14,090 nucleotides of DNA, taken from an uncultured bacterium. GTDB lineage: Bacteria > UBP7 > UBA6624. The translations under genes were made by a program, and so were the position numbers. The stretch spans positions 1-14,090 of the forward strand of contig CAXGSM010000021.1 of the NCBI GenBank assembly GCA_964012435.1, read 5' to 3'. Below, in pieces: positions 1 to 6,519 of this stretch (position 1 is the stretch's first letter; every line of letters begins with the position of its first letter). Below the pieces are notes generated by a model. The model was not told where the DNA came from. It did not search any database and was given only the letters and a program-made list of their open reading frames with translations.

Positions 1-441
1 TTCAAAGGATTCAGGGTCGAACTCAAATTTATTTTTCGCAAATTTTATTTTTTCCAACTCCGACCTGTTTCTTTCATTCAAGTCTTTTACTCGGACAATG
101 TTCCCAGGTTTTCCTTTCGCTAGATCAAAGACATTCTTATTTATTGCATGGTAAACATTTAATTTATGTTCCTTTTCAATCTTTTTTACAAAGCCAAGGA
201 TTTCATCAAAGACGCAGCCTTCATTGATGAACAGGCAATCAGGCATTTGAATCTTTTTTTCAGCCTGCAACTCAAGCAGCATCCACAATATTAAAGTCGA
301 GTCCTTTCCTCCAGTCCAGGCAAGAAGTGTTTTGTCAATTTTGAATTCATTAATTGCATCAGCAAGGATTTTTTTAGACAATGAAATCTTGTCTTCAATT
401 GGTTTTTTGCAATATTCTGCGTGATTTGCTACTTTTTCCAT
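1..441 (-). CDS. Phosphoadenosine phosphosulfate reductase family (PP-loop) protein, N-terminal part; runs off the window
   Basis: Manual translation from ATG at 441 is open to base 1: MEKVANHAEYCKKPIEDKISLSKKILADAINEFKIDKTLLAWTGGKDSTLILWML...CLFINEGCVFDEILGFVKK...VKDLNERNRSELEKIKFAKNKFEFDPESFE. WTGGKDS is a PP-loop (SGGKDS-type) motif, followed by the FIxxGxxFxEI segment typical of CysH/PAPS-reductase-like proteins. Not in the ORF track because no stop lies in the window. Confidence 0.75.
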   Translation of the reverse strand, partial: MEKVANHAEYCKKPIEDKISLSKKILADAINEFKIDKTLLAWTGGKDSTLILWMLLELQAEKKIQMPDCLFINEGCVFDEILGFVKKIEKEHKLNVYHAINKNVFDLAKGKPGNIVRVKDLNERNRSELEKIKFAKNKFEFDPESFE

Positions 442-447
442 GCTCTT

Positions 448-467
448 ATTCTATTTAATCGTAGAAT
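448..467. promoter_or_regulatory. Back-to-back divergent -10 boxes (TAGAAT on each strand)
   Basis: ATTCTA at 448-453 (TAGAAT on -, 6 nt before ATG 441) and TAGAAT at 462-467 (+, 8 nt before GTG 476) in a 34-bp intergenic gap with no convincing SD. Confidence 0.55.
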
Positions 468-475
468 TGTCAACT

Positions 476-1750
476 GTGCCTGTAACAGTAGTTGTTGGAT
501 CCCAATGGGGTGATGAAGGCAAGGGAAAGATAGTAGATAGCCTTGCTTCCAAGTCATCCATGGTTGTTAGATTTCAAGGTGGTGCGAACGCAGGGCATAC
601 CGTTTATAGAGGCGAAAAGGTATACAAATTCCACTTGCTCCCATGCAGTGTTTTGCATAAAGGCGTTAAAAGCATTATTGCAAGAGGTGTTGCCTTGGAT
701 CTCGAATTGTTACTTGAAGAAATCAAGCAAATTGAGAATGACAATTTGGATATTGATTTGGTTATAAGCCCGCAAGCCTTCTTGGTTTTGCCGTTTCACA
801 GATGGATGGACAAACTGGAAGAGTTAAGAAGAGGGCAAGAGAAGTTAGGAACTACATACAGGGGAATTGGACCTGCAAGCACAGACCGAATTGCGCGTAG
901 AGGCATTAGGCTCGGACATCTTTTTGAAGACAATTTGCTTGACAGGATAAAGACCTTGGTTGGTCGTGTTAATGCTGTTTTGGATGGTGTTTATTCTGAT
1001 GTCACAAAAAGAAAGATAAACCCTCAAAGACTGTATGAAGATTTAATAAAACAACGAGAACTAATAAGAAAACATGTAGGCGATACTCACAACTTGATTC
1101 ATACTGCAATTGAAAACAAAGAAGAGGTTCTGATGGAAGGAGCGCAAGGCTCCATGCTTGACTTGGGTTTCGGTACATATCCTTATGTGACTAGCAGTCA
1201 TACCATTAGTGGTTCAGCTTGTGTAAATGCAGGTTTAGGTCCAAACCAAATTAATCAGGTTTTAGGAATTACTAAAGCTTATGTAACCAGGGTTGGAGCA
1301 GGTCCATTTCCAACTAAAATGGATGATGAATGGAATAAAAAAGTGCAAGATAAAGGCAAAGAGTTTGGAGCTACGACAGGCAGGCCTCGTGATTGTGGCT
1401 GGTTGGATATTCCATTATTGAGATATGCACATAGGTTAAATGGTTTTACAGGTGTGATTCTTACAAAGGCTGATATTCTTGGAGGTATGGGGGATATCAA
1501 AGTTTGTACATCTTGGGATTGGAATGGTTCGGAATACAAGGATGTTCCGGAAGATTCTAGAGTTTGGGACGAAGGTGTTCCAAAATACATAACCCTTGAA
1601 GGTTGGCCCGATTTTTCTGGCATTCAGGAATGGAGAAGTCTGCCTGAGGGTTTGAGGAAATATTGTGACTTTGTAGAAAGCAATTCAGGAGTCAAGATTC
1701 TTGCAGTTAGTACTGGTCCTGGAATTGACGATATAGCCTGGAAGGAATAG
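476..1750 (+). CDS. purA: Adenylosuccinate synthetase
   Basis: Signature motifs QWGDEGKGK, RFQGGANAGHT, GTTYRGIGP, EGAQG, GTYPYVTSS, EFGATTGRPR, TKADIL, VSTGP. The start is more likely GTG 476 (MPVTVVVG...) than ATG 440, which overlaps the divergent gene's start. Confidence 0.97.
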   Translation: MPVTVVVGSQWGDEGKGKIVDSLASKSSMVVRFQGGANAGHTVYRGEKVYKFHLLPCSVLHKGVKSIIARGVALDLELLLEEIKQIENDNLDIDLVISPQAFLVLPFHRWMDKLEELRRGQEKLGTTYRGIGPASTDRIARRGIRLGHLFEDNLLDRIKTLVGRVNAVLDGVYSDVTKRKINPQRLYEDLIKQRELIRKHVGDTHNLIHTAIENKEEVLMEGAQGSMLDLGFGTYPYVTSSHTISGSACVNAGLGPNQINQVLGITKAYVTRVGAGPFPTKMDDEWNKKVQDKGKEFGATTGRPRDCGWLDIPLLRYAHRLNGFTGVILTKADILGGMGDIKVCTSWDWNGSEYKDVPEDSRVWDEGVPKYITLEGWPDFSGIQEWRSLPEGLRKYCDFVESNSGVKILAVSTGPGIDDIAWKE

Positions 1751-1753
1751 AAT
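1725..1753 (+). promoter_or_regulatory. Sigma70-type promoter for tRNA-Lys embedded in the purA 3' end
   Basis: TTGACG (1725-1730), 17-nt spacer, TAGAAT (1748-1753). The -10 box overlaps the purA TAG stop and lies 10 nt before tRNA-Lys. Confidence 0.65.
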
Positions 1754-1763
1754 ATATAGCTTA

Positions 1764-1836
1764 GGGGGTTTAGCTCAGTCGGTAGAGCAGCGGGCTTTTA
1801 ACCCGTGTGTCGGGGGTTCGATTCCCTCAACCCCTA
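1764..1836 (+). tRNA. tRNA-Lys (anticodon TTT), CCA not encoded
   Basis: Cloverleaf: GGGGGTT/AACCCCT acceptor, GCTC/GAGC D-stem, GCGGG-CTTTTAA-CCCGT anticodon arm, GGGGG-TTCGATT-CCCTC T-arm, discriminator A. Confidence 0.96.
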
Positions 1837-1843
1837 TAGTTAA

Positions 1844-2371
1844 ATGTCTAAAAATCATGAATGGGATCATCGCCGTGGTTACTCGGTTGTTGCTTTAGAA
1901 AACCCAAGAAATTCAATTAATGTCGGCCAGATTTTACGGGGTGCTTTTTGCTTTAGAGCCAATTATGTTGTTGTAGCAGGAAGAAAATGGGAATCAGATC
2001 AAGATTTTCAAGATCCAGAAATGCCACTTCCCGCAGATACACCTAAAGCTTGGAGGCATGTTCCTTTGGTTTATAAGGATTCAATACAGGAATCTTTGCC
2101 TTTTGGATGTACTCCAGTTGCAATAGAGATGACAGAAAATGCTATTTCTTTAGCTGATTTTGTTCATCCTGAAAGAGCAATGTATGTTTTTGGTTCTGAA
2201 TATGGTGGTATTAAACAAGAAACCGTTAACTGGTGTGAGAAAACTGTTTATATACCTACAAGAGTATCTTTAAATCTTGCAGTTACTGTTAATCTTGTGC
2301 TTTATGACAGAATGAATAAAAGGCATGGTTTAAACCTACCCAAAGATGATTTGGAAAAATTTGGAATTTAA
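1844..2371 (+). CDS. SpoU/TrmH-family (SPOUT) RNA 2'-O-methyltransferase, single-domain
   Basis: Motif 1 LENPRNSINVGQILR, motif 2 YVFGSEYGGI, motif 3 VYIPTRVSLNLAVTVNLVLYDR; 175 aa with no accessory RNA-binding domain. Confidence 0.88.
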   Translation: MSKNHEWDHRRGYSVVALENPRNSINVGQILRGAFCFRANYVVVAGRKWESDQDFQDPEMPLPADTPKAWRHVPLVYKDSIQESLPFGCTPVAIEMTENAISLADFVHPERAMYVFGSEYGGIKQETVNWCEKTVYIPTRVSLNLAVTVNLVLYDRMNKRHGLNLPKDDLEKFGI

Positions 2372-2413
2372 TTCAAATTTCATAATAAAAGTTTAGGATA
2401 ATGTGATTGTTCT

Positions 2414-2485
2414 GCCCCGTTCGTCTAACGGCCAGGACACCGCCCTTTCAAGGCGGAAATAGGGGTTCGATTCCCCTACGGGGTG
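2414..2485 (+). tRNA. tRNA-Glu (anticodon TTC), CCA not encoded
   Basis: GCCCCGT/ACGGGGT acceptor, CCGCC-CTTTCAA-GGCGG anticodon arm, AGGGG-TTCGATT-CCCCT T-arm. Confidence 0.96.
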
Positions 2486-2513
2486 TTTTTGGAGTTTACA
2501 ATAAACTCCGCTT

Positions 2514-2590
2514 GGAGCTGTGGTGTAGCGGTTTAGCATGCTTCCCTGTCAAGGAAGAGGTCGCGGGTTCGATCCCCGTCAGCTCCGCCA
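2514..2590 (+). tRNA. tRNA-Asp (anticodon GTC), CCA encoded
   Basis: GGAGCTG/CAGCTCC acceptor, CTTCC-CTGTCAA-GGAAG anticodon arm, GCGGG-TTCGATC-CCCGT T-arm, G73 then CCA. Confidence 0.96.
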
Positions 2591-2594
2591 TGCT

Positions 2595-2667
<73 letters not shown>

Positions 2668-2697
2668 CATTTTTACCATTTTTAAACATATTTACTG

Positions 2698-2726
2698 TTT
2701 ACAAAATTATTTTTTTCATTTATGAT
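2698..2726 (+). promoter_or_regulatory. Putative sigma70 promoter upstream of the small ORF
   Basis: TTTACA (2698-2703), 17-nt spacer, TATGAT (2721-2726). The context is very AT-rich, so a chance match is possible. Confidence 0.45.
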
Positions 2727-2757
2727 GCTTTTTTTAATTTTTTTTGGAGGTGTTTAA

Positions 2758-2859
2758 ATGAATAGAAGATTTTGGTGCCATAGATGTCAAATGATGACAA
2801 TCCCTAGAGTTACAAATGGCACAACGAAGAGAAAAACCTGTTCTCGAACAGGTTGTTAG
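2758..2859 (+). CDS. 33-aa basic Cys-rich microprotein, putative zinc ribbon
   Basis: MNRRFWCHRCQMMTIPRVTNGTTKRKTCSRTGC*. Strong SD GGAGGTG at 2746-2752, 5 nt before the ATG; CxxC-x17-CxxxxC layout; below the ORF-track cutoff. Confidence 0.6.
   Translation: MNRRFWCHRCQMMTIPRVTNGTTKRKTCSRTGC
2830..2854 (-). terminator. Intrinsic terminator for the - strand gene run
   Basis: Perfect inverted repeat AACCTGTTC-TC-GAACAGGTT (2835-2854). On - it starts 1 nt after the TAA of the 167-aa gene and runs into TTTTTCTCTT. Confidence 0.7.
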
Positions 2860-3359
2860 ATGTTTCTAGAATCATAAGCCCAGTGCAGCAAAGCCTGTCT
2901 TTGTTTTTTTCTGCATGAAAGGTCTTTTGGTTTGCAGGATTTTCTAATTGCTCCAGCATGACGGCGTATCGACTTCCAACGCTTTATTTGTCGTAAATCT
3001 TCATCTTCCATTCTCCTACCCATGAAATACCGGCAATACCATTGAAACCAACCTCTTGGATCATCTTTGTGAATCCAGCCTTTTTTAACCCATTCTGACA
3101 AGGGAAGGGAGGCATCAATTTGATAGTAATTGATATTTATGTTTTTTCTAGAAGGTGATAATTTTGCCTTTTCAAACCATGATTTAGGAAACTCATTCTT
3201 ACAATCTGTCATGTATCTTCCACCAAAAACACCCATTTTTAACATGTCTTTAGGTGTTAGTTCTGGCTTGAATTCAGGATGAAAATTTGAATTAATTTTT
3301 TCTTTTAAATAGTAAATGTAATTAGTTTGAAATTTATCATTAACTACAATTTCTTTCAT
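2856..3359 (-). CDS. Conserved hypothetical protein (W/R-rich), function unknown
   Basis: 167 aa with family-like motifs F-P-LTP--ML-MGVFGG, W--KGWI---DPRGWFQWYCRY--GRR, D-RQI-RW and RQALLHWAYD, which I recognise as an uncharacterised conserved family. Confidence 0.75.
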   Translation of the reverse strand: MKEIVVNDKFQTNYIYYLKEKINSNFHPEFKPELTPKDMLKMGVFGGRYMTDCKNEFPKSWFEKAKLSPSRKNININYYQIDASLPLSEWVKKGWIHKDDPRGWFQWYCRYFMGRRMEDEDLRQIKRWKSIRRHAGAIRKSCKPKDLSCRKKQRQALLHWAYDSRNI

Positions 3360-3382
3360 CGATTTTTTTTAGACTAGAGGGG

Positions 3383-3685
3383 TTATTTTTTTAATTCAAA
3401 ATTTCTATAATTTTTTGCATGTTTTATTAGTTCAGATTTGTATTCGCCAGCTGAACCACATGTGTTTTCAAATTTTAAAAAATATAATTTTCCATTCGAT
3501 AAAGCATAATATCCATCAGTCTCAAGTTTTTCCATTTTTGCATTAACGTCTTTGATTCCATGCTGAGCATGCAGTGTAGAAACGATTGAATTGGAATGGT
3601 CGTCATTCATATGCTCAATAATGCCTGGAGCAGCATCTATTAGCCATTGTGGGATATTTTTGTTATTATCGCTTTCGGTAACCAT
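3383..3685 (-). CDS. Stand-alone DUF2470-like domain protein (HugZ / GluTR-binding-type domain)
   Basis: IIEHMNDDH motif followed by beta-rich M---E-DG-Y...LKF and a C-terminal helix; 100 aa; start overlaps the upstream stop (TAATG). Confidence 0.65.
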   Translation of the reverse strand: MVTESDNNKNIPQWLIDAAPGIIEHMNDDHSNSIVSTLHAQHGIKDVNAKMEKLETDGYYALSNGKLYFLKFENTCGSAGEYKSELIKHAKNYRNFELKK

Positions 3686-5235
3686 TAGATTTTTTTAGCA
3701 ATAGATTTTGCTTGCAGGAACAACCCAAGATAATCAGGGCCTCCAGCTTTTGAGTCAGTTCCGCTCATGTTGAAGCCACCAAAAGGATGAACGCCAACAA
3801 GTGCTCCAGTGCACTTTCTATTGATGTACAGATTGCCGACATGAAATTCATTTGCGCCTTTTTCAATTCTTTCAGGCACTGATGTGTAGAAGGCACCAGT
3901 TAATCCGTAGATTGTTCCGTTTGCAACCTTCAAGCCTTCTTCAAAAGAAGAAACTTTTGTAACACCCAAAACTGGACCGAATATTTCTTCTTGCATTATT
4001 CTTGAATTTGCAGATAGATTGTCAATAATTGTTGGTTCTATGTAATAACCATTTTTTGAACCAGGGTTGCCACCGCAAACTACATCACCTTCACTTTTTC
4101 CGATTTCAATATAGTCAAGAATATCAGTGTAGGCATTTTTGTTTATAACAGCACCCATTTGTGTTTCCTGGTCTTCAGGATGTCCAACTTGGATTTTTTT
4201 AGTTAAGGCAATAACTTTTTCCATAAGTTCATCATGGACATCCTCATGAACAATTAACCTGGAACATGCTGAACATTTTTGACCTTGGAAGCCATATGCA
4301 GCAGAAACAATTCCGGCCGCAGCATCTTCAATGTCTGCAGTTTCATCCACTAGTATTGCATCCTTGCCGCCCATTTCAGCAACAACTCTTTTTATCCATA
4401 TTTGGCCTGGTGACATTTTGGCTGCATTTTCATTTATATTTAAACCAACTTCCATTGATCCAGTAAATGAAATGAATCTTGTTCTTGGGTCAGTCACCAT
4501 TTTGCTTCCAATTGAGGATCCTGGTCCTGGAAGGAAGTTAACAACACCATCAGGCAATCCAGCCTCTTCCAATATTTCCATATACCTGTATGCGATTGTC
4601 GTACTGTCGCTAGAAGGTTTCAATATGACAGTGTTGCCTGTGACCCATGCCGCTGTAGTCATTCCAGCAAGGATTGCAAAGGGAAAATTCCATGGTGGTA
4701 TGACAGTGCCTATGCCCATTGGTACATATTTCAAAACCCCTTCTTCAGATGGTGTCGGAACAACCGGATGATCTTTACCCCATCTCAATGCTTCCCTGGC
4801 ATAATATTCCATAAAATCTATTGCTTCAGCAGTGTCTCCATCCGCTTCAGGCCATGTTTTTCCAACTTCATACGTCATCTGAGCAGAAAGATCATGCTTA
4901 TCTCTTTTCATGATTTCTGAAACTTTAATTGCTATTGCTACTCTTTCTTTGACATCTGTCTGACTCCATGTTTTAAATCTTTCTTCAGCTGTTGAAAATG
5001 CTTTTTCTAAATGATTTAAATCAGCTTTTGAGCATTTTGATATTACTTGTGAAGAATCGCTTGGATCGATACTTGTGATTCTTTCTTCTGTAAAGATCTT
5101 TTCTCCATTTATTATCAAAGGTATATCTTCTCCAAATTTAGCTTTTATTTTTGCTAATGATTTTTTATATGCTGAATTCTCATCAGAATCATTAAAGTTT
5201 GTAAAAGGCTCATTTTTAAAGTTAGGTAAATTCAT
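3685..5235 (-). CDS. pruA: L-glutamate gamma-semialdehyde (delta-1-pyrroline-5-carboxylate) dehydrogenase, monofunctional RocA/PruA type
   Basis: N-terminal FKNEP, EADGDTAEAIDFMEYY, IPPWNFP, FTGSMEVG, EMGGKD, catalytic GQKCSACSR, EEIFGP, GNLYINRKCTGALVGVHPFGGFNMSGTDSKAGG; SD GGAG upstream. Confidence 0.93.
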   Translation of the reverse strand: MNLPNFKNEPFTNFNDSDENSAYKKSLAKIKAKFGEDIPLIINGEKIFTEERITSIDPSDSSQVISKCSKADLNHLEKAFSTAEERFKTWSQTDVKERVAIAIKVSEIMKRDKHDLSAQMTYEVGKTWPEADGDTAEAIDFMEYYAREALRWGKDHPVVPTPSEEGVLKYVPMGIGTVIPPWNFPFAILAGMTTAAWVTGNTVILKPSSDSTTIAYRYMEILEEAGLPDGVVNFLPGPGSSIGSKMVTDPRTRFISFTGSMEVGLNINENAAKMSPGQIWIKRVVAEMGGKDAILVDETADIEDAAAGIVSAAYGFQGQKCSACSRLIVHEDVHDELMEKVIALTKKIQVGHPEDQETQMGAVINKNAYTDILDYIEIGKSEGDVVCGGNPGSKNGYYIEPTIIDNLSANSRIMQEEIFGPVLGVTKVSSFEEGLKVANGTIYGLTGAFYTSVPERIEKGANEFHVGNLYINRKCTGALVGVHPFGGFNMSGTDSKAGGPDYLGLFLQAKSIAKKI

Positions 5236-5256
5236 AATTTTTCTCCAATTTGTATT

Positions 5257-6519
5257 TTAATTATTTTGATTAAGTTTCAATAGCGAATCTATATTTCCTG
5301 CGCTTAAGTTGAATATCTCCTTTAAGAAGTTTGTTTTTATTGTAGCTAGGGACACTGCGGCTGCAAGGTAGTTGTTTTCAGAATTGCTCCATTCAAGATA
5401 TGAGCTCGTTCCAACATTTAAACCTTCAGTGATGGATATTGAGATTCTTCGCATAAGTTCCAAAGTGTATTCTGCATTTTCTATTCTTGATTGATACATT
5501 CCGATTGTTTCTATGGACGATTCAACTAAAGCATCCTCATCAATCACAGATTGAGCATAGATGAGTTCCGCTGCTTTTATTTTTTCATTGGACGATTTGA
5601 GCTCAGCTGTCTTGGATGGTTTTATAAACTCCCAACTTAACGCCACATCGCTTCTCAACGTATCGCCAGACTCAAAACCCTGTTCATTCTCCGGATGATT
5701 CGCAGTTGTTCTGAAGATTAAACTTGGACGATTAATTACTAATTCTCTGCTTCTTCGAGAAATTTTTAGGTTTAAATCTGCACGCTTTACGTTGATTCTT
5801 TCATTTGTTTCATCGCTTATGAATTTAATTAAAAGATCTTTGTCAATTTGAGGTAATTCTGTTAATTCGACATCTCCCTCTATTCCTGTCATCGCTTTAA
5901 ACAGGGTCAATGCTGATTCATGCAAGGAAGATGCTTGACTCATATTTTCTTTCGAGTTTAAAAATTCACTTTCAAATTGAATTAATTCAAGCTCGCTAAT
6001 CAACTCGACCGAATACCTTGCTTGAGCATCCTCCAATACCTTTAAAGAATTGTCTATGCTCCTCTCCGCCAAAAGTAAGTTTTTATTTGCTAACCATAAA
6101 TTTAACCATGAATTTGCTATAGCTAATCTAGATTGTTGAAGTATTGATTTTTCATCCAGCTTCGCTAAAGAATAATTCATTTCCTGAAGTCTTACCTGAG
6201 ACTCTTTAATACCAAATGAGTAGAGTGGATAAGTGAGGGTCATCGAGGCATTACCAAAGTTTTCACCTATACCAAAAAAGTTAACATCCAATGGACCCGG
6301 TTCGTATCCCTCAAGAGAATCTGTTCTTGTCATTGTTAAACCTAAAGTCAAGAAAGGAGCCCAGTCTTTTTTTGCTTTTTCAAGATCTGACTCTGCTGCA
6401 AAAACTAAATATTCGGAAGATTTGGCTATTGGTTTATCTTCAGCGGTTTTCATTGCTTCCCATATCCCAATAGGTTGGTTTGCGATAATGAGCATTGTGA
6501 TAATTGGTAATTTAAACAT
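5257..6519 (-). CDS. TolC-family outer membrane efflux protein
   Basis: About 420 aa, helical with two OEP-like repeats (AKKDWAPFLTL...LTYPLY; RPSLIF...LSWEF; GTSSYLE), directly downstream of the RND permease. Likely start ATG 6519 with SD GAGGTG, overlapping the permease stop by 8 nt. Confidence 0.8.
   Translation of the reverse strand: MFKLPIITMLIIANQPIGIWEAMKTAEDKPIAKSSEYLVFAAESDLEKAKKDWAPFLTLGLTMTRTDSLEGYEPGPLDVNFFGIGENFGNASMTLTYPLYSFGIKESQVRLQEMNYSLAKLDEKSILQQSRLAIANSWLNLWLANKNLLLAERSIDNSLKVLEDAQARYSVELISELELIQFESEFLNSKENMSQASSLHESALTLFKAMTGIEGDVELTELPQIDKDLLIKFISDETNERINVKRADLNLKISRRSRELVINRPSLIFRTTANHPENEQGFESGDTLRSDVALSWEFIKPSKTAELKSSNEKIKAAELIYAQSVIDEDALVESSIETIGMYQSRIENAEYTLELMRRISISITEGLNVGTSSYLEWSNSENNYLAAAVSLATIKTNFLKEIFNLSAGNIDSLLKLNQNN

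Noticed and set aside
440..475. N-terminal extension of PurA (MLLFYLIVELST)
   Set aside because: It overlaps the divergent gene's start and both -10 boxes; PurA proteins normally begin a few residues before VVG-QWGDEGKGK.
2491..2509. Glu-Asp spacer hairpin as an intrinsic terminator
   Set aside because: The T-run is upstream of the stem on + and no U-tract follows it on either strand.
2758..2859. Microprotein as ribosomal protein L36 or L33
   Set aside because: Size, charge and CxxC are reminiscent, but it lacks the L36 MKVR-SVK and HKQRQG motifs and the L33 pattern.
2668..3685. Genomic island or prophage integrated at tRNA-Phe
   Set aside because: No integrase or transposase, and I found no duplicated tRNA 3' end (att site) in the window; the small genes are contiguous with the pruA run.
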